NCBI GenBank assembly: GCA_003971905.1
Contig: RSEE01000086.1
Location: 62,001 to 126,000 of the forward strand
Direction of reading: 5' to 3'
Length of the DNA: 64,000 nt
Source: Moniliella sp. 'wahieum'
Taxonomy: Eukaryota
Shown: piece after piece, positions 1-11,800 of the stretch
How the letters are laid out: each line of letters starts with the position of its first letter
How positions within the stretch are numbered: position 1 is the stretch's first letter
The notes under the pieces: generated by a model
Databases searched by the model: none
Told to the model about the DNA's origin: nothing
Seen by the model: only the letters and a program-made list of their open reading frames with translations
Made by a program: the position numbers and the translations under genes

Positions 1-3000
1 ATCTAACCTCCGACTTGGTCCCGTTGCTCCTTTCGTTTCACCCTACTGTGTTCTCTGCCCTCCTGACCACCCTTGAGAACGTTCTCTTCACACCTCTTGA
101 GCATGCCGCCGAACAGGTTGCGCCTGCCACAAGGGTTGCCCTCGATCGCCCCCCACTGGATCCTCGATTGGAACTCCAAGCCGTATCTCGCTATGCCGTG
201 ACGTTGACTTGGCCTCCGGGCCCCGCATCCGAAACCCTGGTCCGAGTGCTGAGCTGATCGCGGCCGTAGCAACGGCGACACTGAGCTCACCTCATAGTCA
301 GGAGGACCTTCCTGCGCCCCAGGATGAGGAGGTGCGGTTGTTGCGCAAGCGCACTGTCGACGTCCTCTTGGCCTGGCACCGCGCTCAATTGGCCGCGATC
401 GACCTGCTCGCTCCCGGCTGAGGAAGCGTCGGTGGTCCGGGAGGAGGCACTTCAACTCCTCCACGCATGGAAGCGTTTGTCAATGTCGGAACCCTTGATG
501 GCCAAGGGCCAAGCGCAAGCGACCGAGGCACGCACGACGCTTGCACGCCTCCTTGTCGCCGCCCGCGACACACCCCGGCCATGCGCAAAGCCGTGCTGGC
601 GGCCCAGGTGGCCCGTGTGCGCGATGCCGCTAGTGGCCAGGAATCTGGGGCGCCACCGGATCGGTGGGCGACAGTCTCCTCAATGCTGTCTACTTCGACG
701 GCTGTGTACGCATCGATCGGTGCTCCGCCTCTGGCGCTCCCCGGCTCAGAGTTTGACACGAGCAGCAATCAAGATTTTGCTACGCCCTTGGCTCAGCCCA
801 CCACTCCTGCGGGCGTAGAGGACCCCAGCCCCTTTCGGCAGCACGTGGCATTGCCCGTAGCGGACGCATGGTCTCCAGCGCCAGCGCCATCGCCATCGCC
901 GACGCCGGCAGCGAGCCTGGCCCCTTCCAACTCCATCGGAACGGGGATGGCGCGGGGAGGACGGAAAAAGCTGGCGGCGCGCCGAATCCCAGCGCAGGCC
1001 CAGCTGGGTTCGGGCCCGTTCCCTTCGACGAGATGCGTGGGGGCTGGAAGAACCCCGCTTCCGGTCCCGGCCAAGCCTTCGTCCGTTCGCTCTTCCAGCG
1101 CCCTGTCCAGCCGCGCCCTGCCCTCGCGGCTGGGCCAAGTCCGCTCCTCCTCGGCGCGGGCGCGAGTGCAGGCGCAGGCACAGGCGCGCGCGCGCTTGGG
1201 CCCGGCCTGGGCCTCGCTGGCACCAGCTTGGGCGGCAGCATGGCCGGCAGCGTGTCGGGCAGTGTGCGGGCAGCGTTGCGGGCAGCGCGGCGGGGAGTCC
1301 CCCGTTGCGCCCGTCGCCCAGCCCGGTGCCCGTGCCCGTTCTGGGGTCCGATCTGGGCTCCAGCGCGCTGCCCTCGTCGCCGCGCCCGGTAGTGGCCAGT
1401 CCTCCTCCGTTGCCCAGCACGCTGTCTACGTTGGGGCACAGCCCTGCCTTGCCCTCGGCGCCCAGCCCGTCCTTGGCGTCCCCGCCGCTCCCCGGCCCTC
1501 TGGCGGGCTCGTCATGGGCAGGACTCGCTTCGGCCGCCACCAGCCCGCCGCAGGCACCTGCGCTCGCCCTGTCCCCGCGCCGCGCCTATTCCCCCTTTAG
1601 TCTCGCGCTGCCCCGCAAGCGCACGCGCGCATCCCCCTCCTCGGCCCCGCGGCGGCCCAGTGCGACGCTGAGCTCCCACATGTCCCTCTCCCCGCGGCCC
1701 ACCTCGAGTCTGTCGCGCACGTCGTCACAAGCGTCGGTCCGCCCGGAAGAACGTGGGTTAGGGGACGCTTGGGACTTGGCTCCAGAGTCGGTTCCCTCAG
1801 AGAGCGCGAGTGCTGCTCCCACGCGCGTCGTGTCTTTGCCCCCCATTGCTTCGCCCCCGCCTCCGCCTACCGCCCCTTCCCCGCCCCTGGGCAAGGCGAG
1901 CGAGCCGAGGAGTTGGATGCACTTGGTTTCTGCTGCATCTGCAGCGCTGGCTGATCATAGTTCGCCTGGTGAAGATGCCTGGGACTTGGGCGACGACACG
2001 TTCCGCCCGAAGGAGCCAGCGGTTTCGCGCCTGCCTGCGACTGAGAAGGCTGGCGTACCAACCTCTACGCCTCCGTCGGGGCTCTTGCGACGCGGCGGAC
2101 GAGTGGGATTTCTCAGGCGAGTCATCTGCGGCAGTGCCCGCGCCGGAGCCGGTCGAGCGTCTGCGTACGCCTCCTGTTCCTGCTGACGAAAGCTTCTCGC
2201 GTACGGCTAACGAGCTGGAGATGGTCACGCCGTCGCCATCTCAACAGGGCGGGTGGAAGCACGAGGCTCCTCCTTCGCCATCGCCGTTGCAGCACGACGC
2301 GTGGGACCTCGAGCTGCCCTCATCGTCGGCGCCTCGAGCTTCTTCGCCTCCGCCCTCCATCCCAGCTGCCCCGTCTTCCCAAACCTTGCCCGTCCTGCCG
2401 TTGTCCTCGGAAGCTGCCTTGCCTACTTCCCGCCCCGGCTCTGTTGCCAGCATGGATGCCGTGGCATCGCCTGACCACGCCGGGTCGCCCAGTCCTGCTG
2501 AGCCCGGTCTGGGTCTGGCCTCCCCCCCAGCTACAGCGGCCGACACGCTCGTTGTGAACCCGCAGCTGGCCGACCAAGCTAGCTTGGCCTCTCCCCCCTG
2601 ATCACGGACGATCAAGAGGGCGCCCGAACCCCCCGCCCGCCCGAGGGGCTAGTCCAGCCCTCTACTGCTTTCTACACCGCCACTGGCCCCGTCTGCCGCG
2701 GCGGACCAAGGAAGCGAGGCGGGCGGATGGGACCTCTCTTCCCCTACGCGCCCTGCTGCGATGGACGGTTCGGTCGCCAGCTACGCCCGTGCCGTTCTTG
2801 GAGAATGCGATGCCGGCCCCACCCCGGTCGTCTGCCGCTGCGCACAACGCGCATCTCACCCTCCCCGCTGGGCACGACGACGCTGGCACGCAGGCAGGCC
2901 CCGCGCTGGGCGGATGGGACAACGGCACGGAAGGGTGGGACTTTTCGTCGGATGACGCTCTGGATTCCTATGACGGCACGGCGGAGGACCATCCTGCCGA

Positions 3001-6000
3001 TATCGACAGTCACGCTGCTGTCCGTCGTGGCTCGGACACTGTTGCGCCCATGCCAGAGGGAAGCACCGCTGAGCGCGAAGGATGGTGAGGTGGGCTCGTT
3101 GGTTTCGGACGGAGGGGTAGTCGCCGTCGACGCCGCTGGGCCCCTGCCGTCTGCCTTGCCGCCCACCCACCTGGCCGGTCTCAACCTGGATCAAGGGGAG
3201 CCCCTTCCGCCCCCGATCGGCCGGTGCGCTTCTCCCGCCAGTGCCTGCGTCTACGCAAAACACCCTTTCTCCACCCTTGGAAGCGAGCCTGCCGGAGCAT
3301 GGGGCACCCGAACCGGTGGAACCCGCCGGCCCAACGAATGGGACTTCTCGACACACCAGACCCCTGGCGGCGATACTGTGCCAGGGCCGACTGAAGAGCC
3401 GCCGGCGCTCACTTCGCCTCTGCCTGTTGAGGACGAAGGATGGGACCTTTCGCCTGAGCTGGCGCCGGCGCCATTGCCAGATACGCTGGTGGATCCGGAC
3501 GCGGGGCAGGTGGTGGACGCGGGTGCCGAGGAACATGTCTTGCCGCCTCTGACGACCCAACCCTCGGCGGTGCACGTCCCTCCGCCCACCTCCTCCATCC
3601 GGGACGGAGGAAGGTCAGCCGCTAGACATCACCGAGGACGACGGATGGGACTTTTCACCCAAGAGGTGCCTGCGTCTTGCTCTCGCCAGAGCAGGTACAC
3701 AGGAAGGCCAACCGCTGCATGAGCATGGTCCCCATGAGGCGCATTCTTTGCCTGGCCCGACCGCATCCCCCCCGTTCTCTTCTCCGCCCGGGCGCCGGGA
3801 CCGGGGAAGGTCAACCTCTGAACGTGGATCAGCATGGTGCATGGGGGGCTTTGCCCGACCTGGTATCAGCGCCTCTTGATCTCGACACGAAAGCGGGTAC
3901 GCAGGAAGGCCAGCCACTGGATGTGAAGGATGTGGAGACTGGGAGGTAGGCCATGCCTTGGAACGGGAACCGGAGACCCTTGCCACGCAGGACGAGCGTC
4001 TGTCGTCGGCTCCACCTCACAGGGGGGATGATGCGCATATCGAACGGACGGGGAGGATGCGTGGGACTTGTCGGCCAAGGCGGCGTCTCCGCCCCTGGCT
4101 TTCCCCACTCACGCGGGTACCGAGGCGGCCCAGGTGGGCGCTCCGGCCGAACAGGAGCAGCCTCTAAACGATACGGGCGATGATGCATGGGGTTTCTCGC
4201 CCGAGCTGGAACCTGCGCCCTTCCTCTAACCTCGCAGGCAAGTACGCAGGAGAGGCAAGCACTGGACGTGAACGTGAACGTTGGTCAGGCGGACTCGACC
4301 GAGGCACCTGAGCCTGAGCTCGTGACGGCCCAGAACAAGCACATTGCCTCTTTGGCGTTGAGGTGGAGGAAGAGAAACTTCAGGACATCCCTGGCGATGC
4401 TGGATGGGACTTCTCGCCCGAGCTGGCACCTGCGCTCTTCCTCTATCCACTCAGGCAGGTACGCAAGAGGGATACCGCTGAATGTGCCGGTGTTGGTCCA
4501 TGCCGTCCTTCGCGCAGCGAGCGTGCCGTTGGTAGCTCCGACGCTGGGACGGAGCAGGCGCATGCTCTTGATACTGATATGCTGAGGACGATGGATGGGG
4601 ATTTTCGCCCGAGTGGCCCCCGCGGATCTTGCTCAGACACCCAAGCAGGTACCCAGGAAGGCCAACCGCTGGATGTGGATGTTGGCCTTGCCTTTGCCCC
4701 TGGCGCTCCGTCCGCCACGGCGCCTGATGAAGCTGTTCCCAGTGCCGATAGGGAGGATTATCGGCAAGTCAGTGCTGACGCAGAGGATGCGTGGGACTTG
4801 TCGCCGGTGCTGGCCCTGCCACGCATCTGCCCAGCCACAGCGAAGCCGGCGCGAAGAAGGAGGCGACGCTGTTGGAGCCTGCGGGATCTGCCACAGCACC
4901 GCTCTCACCCCCTGCTGCTGATGCGCCTCTGCCCGTCTCTGGTGCTGGAGCGGAGGAAAAGGCGCTCGACATTGCCAGTGATGAGGGTGGGATTGTCTCC
5001 GCCGCTGGCACCCGCGCCCCTGCTCCCCACCGAAGCGCACGCAGCAGAGGAGGATCAGCCCGGGACATGAATATGACCAAGCATTTCTGCCAACCCATTT
5101 CACGGTCGACGACAAGGCGCTGCACGCGTCTGGCGTTGCGACCGAGGAAGGGCCGTCTCCACGTGGCTGGTGATGACGGATGGGGCTTCTCGCCGGAGAT
5201 AGCACCAGTGGCCCTCCCTCCCGACACCCCTGTCGAAGCGGAGACGATCCAGCTGCAGCAAGACGTTGGCCATTCTGGCGTGTCAGAGACAAGGCCGTTT
5301 GTCGCTGGAGACGGTTGTTATTGATCTCGGCGCTGGGACGGAGGAAGGGCAGCCCCTGGATGTGGGAGGGTGATGGATGGGGCTTTTCTCAAGACGTTCC
5401 ACCTGAGGCCCTTCTGGGATGATGTCCAAGCCGGAACAGACGAGGGCCAGCCATTGGATCTGGACAATGGCCGCGTATTTGTGCCCGAGACCGAGATCCA
5501 CTCCTTCACCGCCACGGATGAGCATCTGCTGGTCCGGCTGCTGGCCCGAGGAAGGACAGCCCCTGGACACGGCAGCGAGGATGGGTGGGACTTGTCACCC
5601 AAATACTTGCGTCCATTCCCTCTCATGCTCAGGCCGACCAGGAGCCTTCTTTCGCTGGGTGACAGAGCCGCACGGACATACAGGCCATGATGGGGTGGAT
5701 CTACCTCGCTTGAGGGTGCGTTTGGACTTCCTTGGTGGCATCTTGAGACTGACTGTGGAATGCTCTCAGAAAACACGACCGACGAACATGAAGACGATTT
5801 TGCCCCCTTACCTCCACAAGGATCTGATGGCAAAACTCAGGCGGCCTTCTTCTTAACGAAGACGAGTGCCTCTACATTTGACACCAACCTACCAAGCGGT
5901 CGTTCGCAGACATGACAGCATCTACGAGGACACCCCCGCTTCACGGCGTTTCGGATACGGTCGTCAGTCAGGCGGATGCTGAGCTCGACACGGATGGTTG

Positions 6001-8482
6001 GGATCTCCCCGTTCTTGCCCTGCTCTGTCCTGCCCCTCTTCTGCTCTGCCCTGTGCTTGCTTCCCAGGCTGTGGCAAACCCGGCCCAAAGCCCCGCTATG
6101 GATGAAGGACGCACAAGCGGACGAGTGGGACTTTGAGACGGATCCGCTGGCGGGAACCCAGGAAGGGCAGCCTCTCGACTTGCGTTCGAGTCCTGACCTT
6201 CACCGTTCTCAACCGCAGGACGAATGCTGGGACTTGTCCCCCCGCTCGTTGGTGCACCCTCGCCGCCCTCGAACATGCTTCCTGAAACTGGGCCTATTCA
6301 TCTCCAGCACGCACCTCTACCCAAAAAACACGCTCACCGCCACTACAGCTGAGAGAGAGCCCAGCGTTGATGCTGCCCCGAGGGGGCAGCAGCTGACGTG
6401 GTGCCCGAGCGGTTCGAGGCAAGTCCTGGACCGACGGCGCCTACACCTGATCAAGCCGAGCAAACGTCCTTTACGTTGCACGAAGAAGAACCACATGCCG
6501 GACCTGAATCGAGTGCGATGGCAGAAGACGCCTGGGATCTGGATCTCGATGCGGATGACGATGCTTCGAGTCCTGCTGCGCCCCCAACCACAGATGCGAG
6601 GAGGAGGGGGTCCAGTCACCGGGTCGCTCAGACTCCTACGCCAACCACACGGCTGCTGCCCCCCCACCCAAGGGGAGCGAGGGCACGTCTGGCAGTTCGT
6701 GGGACGCGCTCAGTCGCAATTCCTCTCCCTTTGTGCACGCCTCGCCTCCTTCGTACGGCCGGGGTCAGGGCGGGAGGTACGCCATGCAAGCGCGTCCCCC
6801 GCTGCCAACCCGCCGCCGCCCGAGGCAGATGCCCCCTTGCTGTTGTGGAGGAGAAGGGGGCCGAGGTAGGGTCTGGGGCCGAGCCGCCGTACCCAAGCGG
6901 CGAAGGCAGTTCGGATCCGTGGGACCTTTCCTCTTCGCCCTCGCGGGCGCACAGCAACGACGAAGATGATAAGGAGGAGAGGGCGAGGTGGACACGCTCC
7001 TTGGGTCTCGCCCGCCCCGCGCAGCGGACCAACCGCATGTGGCGCCTCCCGCCCACCCTTCCTCAGACTTGCGCATGCGGCCCTGAGTCGAACGGCGGGT
7101 GCCGAGGCGGAAGCACATACCCCTTCTGCGGCTGCCACTGAGGCACGTGAAAGAGGGGTGCCGTTGTTGACTGTCGCACCTGCCGCCGCCGCCGCGGAAG
7201 AGGAGGGTATGTGGGGGTGGGGCGAAGAGGGTGACGGGTCGATGGCCGTGGCGGGTATGCCATCGTCGCAGGTGCGCTCTGCGCCCACCCCACCCCCGCT
7301 CGCACCCGCGCTGCCGACGGAAGAGGCGTATCAGATCTCGGTCCGTACCGAGTCGGTGCGGGCGCAGCTGGAGGAGCTGGTTGCGCTGTACGAACGTGCT
7401 ACCGCGGCGGATGGTAGTGGTGCGGGAGGGTTGACCTTGCCGAGCTCGCCGAGCTGGCGGGAGTGGAAGAAGTGAAGGAGGTTATGGAGCTGGCTGGTGC
7501 GCACGAATCCGTGCCGTCTGGCAGCACGCTTCCCGCCCTGTGCAAGCCAGCGTGGTGGACGCGGTGGACGTGTACATTGCCACGCTGCCCGCCACGTATG
7601 GGGCCGAGGCGAGCAGTGTGCCTGCGCTGGCCGGGCAGTACGCCAACGACTGTGCGACGATGGCCGCGTGGGTGCAAGCGGCTGCGATGCGCATGGGCGA
7701 GGCGGTGCAGGAGCGCTGCACGAGCGAGCCGAGCGTCTGGGCATGATGGGTCACGAATGCTTTGAGCATCAATTGGTACGTTGCGATCGCCGCCTCATCG
7801 ATTCATCGATTCATCCTGTCCTTCTTGTTGCGACTGAGCGGACTGACTAACCACCTCCCCTCTGTGCGAATGGAATGACAGCGTGTGCAAGAAGGCCTCG
7901 TGTCCCGCAGCTTGCTCTCGGCCGGGGGCTTTGGGGCTGGCGAATGTACATCGGTTCGGAGCGGCAGAGAAGGCGGTGGCGCAGGTGGTGGGCACGCTGG
8001 CGTCGCTGGCACGTGCATGGCAAGGCGTTGTGCCGGCGAGCGCGACGGCGCGTGCGCTGGGCCGCCTGGCCAACCTGGCGCTGGCCAGCGTTGTGGGCCA
8101 GATCGAAGCGCTGGAGGACATCTCGGACAACGAGAGCCGGCGCTTGGAGCAGCTGTGTTCGCAGCTGCGTCGCCCGCTGGGGCGCATGGTGGCCGCGGCG
8201 GCGCTGGGCCTGGACGCGGGCGCGGCCGCCGACGCGGCCCAAGCCGAGGCGGCCGGGTGACGGACGAACGGGCGTCGGCGGTGGCCGCGCCGTTTGTGCC
8301 ACCTGGTTCAAGGCGACTACTTGGCCGATGTGCTGACCGGCTCGTTGGCCGACATTGCCTTTCTCTGGGGCGAAGCAGGCGCGTTGCGCGACTTTGCCCC
8401 GCCGAGCTCACCCAGCTCCTCCGCCCTCTTTTCCGATTCGGCCAAGCGGGCCGAACTGATTGCGCGCATCGAGCGCAGCTAA
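1..8482 (+). CDS. DSL1/ZW10: ZW10/Dsl1-family tethering subunit (5' end outside window) with a giant acidic-Trp repeat insertion; multiple apparent frameshifts; intron 7776-7881
   Basis: C-terminal motifs read across frames: EEAYQISVRTESV (post-lasso), QYANDCATMAAWV (ZW10 NDC/NNC motif), VVGQIEALEDISDNESRRL, LADVLTGSLADIAFLWGEAGALRDF...ELTQLL.ALFSDSAKRAELIARIERS* (TAA 8480-8482). Helical N-terminal part 1-650. Intron GTACGT(7776)...GACTAAC(7845)...CAG(7881). Confidence 0.8.
860..7230 (+). repeat. Coding protein-level repeat: about 25-30 [DE]x(G/A/E)W[DG][FL]S(PE) motifs, with about 12-15 AGT[QE]EGQPLD motifs interleaved in 3690-6180
   Basis: Trp motifs near 1764 DAWDL, 1974 EDAWDL, 2098 DEWDFS, 2296 DAWDL, 2931 EGWDFS, 3433 DEGWDLSPE, 3637 DDGWDFSP, 4397 DAGWDFSPE, 4589 DDGWGFSPE, 5173 DDGWGFSPE, 6120 DEWDFE, 6525 EDAWDLD, 7209 MWGWGEE. 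GTQEGQPL-type motifs near 3691, 3794, 3893, 4645, 5331, 5430, 6150. Confidence 0.9.
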
Positions 8483-8823
8483 CATGCAACACAACGTCGA
8501 AACCCACGCGCCGCTGCCGGCTGTCGGGGCGCGGGGTCTGGCATCTATCAAGGTGTACCTACCACCACCACCATCGTTCTCACATTCTCACCTTGACACA
8601 GTCATAGTATGCATAGCAACGACAATCGACGGATGGTAAAAGGCGGAAGCAGAGGGCGCTCGTGAAGGAAAAATGAAAAAAGGGTAGGTAACCACGACAG
8701 AAAAGAAAGACAGCGAAGCGAGGGACAAAACGTACGCGTAACGGCACAAGTCGACGGCAATGGGGGCTGCCGAGCTGGCGGGTGAGAGCGGGGTAGGCCG
8801 GAGGGCGAGGGGCGAGAGGGCGC

Positions 8824-11800
8824 CTACTGGTTCGCCGCCCAATTGCCTGCCTCGCCCAATGTGAGCGGGGTGGTGGATCGGGAAGTGGGCTCAGCTGTGT
8901 GCCGCGGACGGGCGGGGGCGCCCGCATAGGCCGAGGAAGGCAGCGAGGGTAAGCTGCTCCGGCACTCGAGATCGAGGTCGAGGTCGAGGTTGAGGCCGTG
9001 TGGGAGCTTGCGTGCGGAGGAGGAGCGGGAGCGGGAGCGGGAGAGAAGCGGTGGGTGGGAGACAAGGCCGCCTCCACCCCGGAATCGGGCAGGCCAGGGT
9101 ACATTTGACCGGCGCTGGCTCCGGTGCTGGTCCCGGCCAGACCGAGCCAGGTGGGTGGGGGCGAGGAAGGCGCGTGGGACGTCAGCGACGGCGCGGCGGA
9201 GGACAGGTGGGAGAGGGAGGAATGGGAGGCGGACGAGGAGGAAGGTAGCGGCGACCCAACCGGGCTCCACGATTGGCCCAATCCAGTCCGCCACGGCTCG
9301 GCTAGGGTGTTGCTCAGCGGGGCAGGGTTGCGGGAGGCAGAGGCCCAGGCCGATCCCAAGGCGGATGCCGACGCGGAGGTATAGGAGGAATACGCGTAGG
9401 AGCCTGAAGCCGAAGCGAAGCCAGGGCCGAAGTAGGCGTCGCAAAGCCAGACGAAGAAGAGCCGAGCCCAGGCGTGAGCCCCGGGACGCCCGCGACAGAT
9501 CCAGTCCCGGACGAGGGCAAGCTAGGTGGGAGATGCACATGTCGGTGCTCGGTTGGGGCGAGGTGGTGAGGCCAGGAGCAGCCGAGGCAAGCGCGGGAGC
9601 AAACGCATGTCCATCCCGCGGTGAAGAGGCAGTCGCGGAGTGGGTCGGCGTGTCCCGAAGGGAGGCAGAAGCGAGGGCGGACGTGAGGGCGGCGGGCGGG
9701 CCCCTCTTGCGGCCGAGCGCGTGGGGGGCAAAGCCCGACGGCACGGCCGAGGCATACGCGGACGGAGGCGAGTGGAGCGAGAGGGGCAGTGGGCGTGGGC
9801 GGGCGGAAGGCTGGGTTGCGACACGCGTGATGGCCGCACCCGTCCCCGAGGCAACAGGGGGATGGGTGGGCGCGTGGGCACGGGTCGGGCTCGGGCGGAG
9901 GCCCTAATCCGAGCCCCGAGAAGGGCTGCGTAGAGGGAGGGGGTCGGGGAGGGGCGGGGAACTGAGGCTGCCATCGAGCGACGGGACGCCCGTCCACGGC
10001 GACGCCAATGGCGCGCCCAACGTCGGCACCGGGAAGACCAGGGCGGTGTGGGTCAGCAGCAGAGGAAACACATCCCGCACGGGCAGCCCGACCGACCACA
10101 CAATCATCAAGTTCTGCATCGTCATCCGGTTCACCCTGCTTGCCGCCAGCACACGGGCGAGGTGCGCGGCCAGCGTGCGGAGCAGCGCGTAGTTCGCCGG
10201 CGGGAGGTTGGCACGGAGGATCTCGCCCACCAGACGGGCGCGGGCCATGGTGCCGCGCACACGAGGACGCACCGCCGAGTGGCGCAAAGCAGAGGAGCCG
10301 CCCATGGCCAACCCCAGGGCAGGGTGAACAGCCGGGCTTGATCTTCGTCTTGCCTCATGGTGGTGTCCTCGTCTTCTTCCTCCTCTCCTTCTCTCTCGTC
10401 CCCTTCGTCCTCCTCGTCCTCGTCTCTTCGGGCGGTAAGGCGGCCAAGGCTGACGAGGCAGATGGCGTTAACACGCCCTGTCCTTCAGGAAGGAAGCGCA
10501 GAAACGCCTTCAAAAGTCCCGCAATAGCATGTACGTCCCAATAGAACCCCAGTCCCGCCGAGGTATCCAGTCGCTCGTCCGTCTCCTCCACCGCGGGCGG
10601 GGAAAAGTGTGAGGAGGACCCTGTCCATGGTGTGGTGGGGGAAGAAGGCAACGACGGCAAAGAGCGTTCATCTTTCGCGGTCGAGCCAAGGCGGGTGGAA
10701 GCGGCAGCCCAGGCGGCGCCGAGAGCGGTAGGGCGACGGCGGGGGACACGTTGCGCAAACGAGGCGACTGGTGTCGCAACTTGGCAGGACGAAGGAAAAC
10801 TCTTTCCTTGGCGTCGCCGCATCATCTTCTTCGGCCGGCGGCACAGTGACCCCGCCGGGGCGTGCGACCGTTCCCTAATCCAAGCTTGGACCACATGCGA
10901 AGAGGGCCGAGCAGGGACGCGTCGCCAAACGTATCGAAATACGCTTGCAACGATTTGATCAGTTCGGCCGAGCCGGATTGACGATAGATACCTTCCTCGT
11001 ACTGAGCCTTGCGGCGCTCCAAGTATTCTATGCATCGGAACACCAACGCCGGCACAGCGTACTCGTCCGGGCTGGCGCCGTGCCCTTGTGTCACGTAGGG
11101 CAGCGCCGTCGCCCCCCCCTGGCACAAAGGAGCACGCAAGTCGATCAGCACAGCGGATCGTGCGACAGAGGTCGACAGAGGGACGCCCATCACCGCATGC
11201 GCTCGGGTATCGTTCCACCATGAGACAGCGAACGGAAATGCGAAGCGCGCGAGTGGGAGCGTTGGCGTGCATGCGAAAAGGAAGGTGAGAGAGGAAGATG
11301 ATGCGCAGGGGGATCAGCGGGACGCGGGTCCCTATCCTTATCCTTGTCTTTGTCTTTGTCCCTGTCTTTGTCTTTGTCGGCACGATTGCGGTGCCAGAAC
11401 CTCCGACGAGTCGGCCCTTCTTCCTGCGGCGGAGGGACAAGTGGCATGCTCGGGTGCGAAGGCAGGCCCTCATGGGTAGCAGCCATACCCGTTGCTCCAT
11501 GCAACGTCAAGGCCGTTGACAAGCTGGCCGAGTGGCTGAGAAGCGAGGCGATCGCCCCGCCGGCGCTTGTCGCAGCAGCCGAAACGATAGCGGACCAAAC
11601 GCAGTGGGGGCAGAGGAGGATAAGACACTTGACGAACTGGTGCGGCCAAGGAAGGACTTGATTCTCCATCCATCATCCAGCCAGCAGGATCACCGCGCAC
11701 CGGAAGGGGTGGGACGGATGTGGCGGCGGTGGGGGTACGGTGTTGACAGCGGTGGCGGCGTTAGCTCCGCCCGTTCCGAGGGAGTGTCGATACTCCCACC

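Noticed and set aside
3430..6250. Repeat-spacer pattern as a CRISPR-like array
   Set aside because: Repeats vary at synonymous codon positions, spacing is irregular, the context is eukaryotic and there are no cas genes; it is a protein repeat.
860..7230. Trp motifs as Atg8-binding LIR/AIM or kinesin-light-chain motifs
   Set aside because: Most lack L/I/V at +3 (WDLS, WDFS); the position inside a Dsl1-type protein points to COPI binding instead.
9124..9384. Plus-strand ORF with acidic Trp words (GAWDVSD, RWEREEWE) resembling the lasso
   Set aside because: It lies after the ZW10 stop and antisense to the Ser/Pro-rich RhoGAP tail; probably coincidental.
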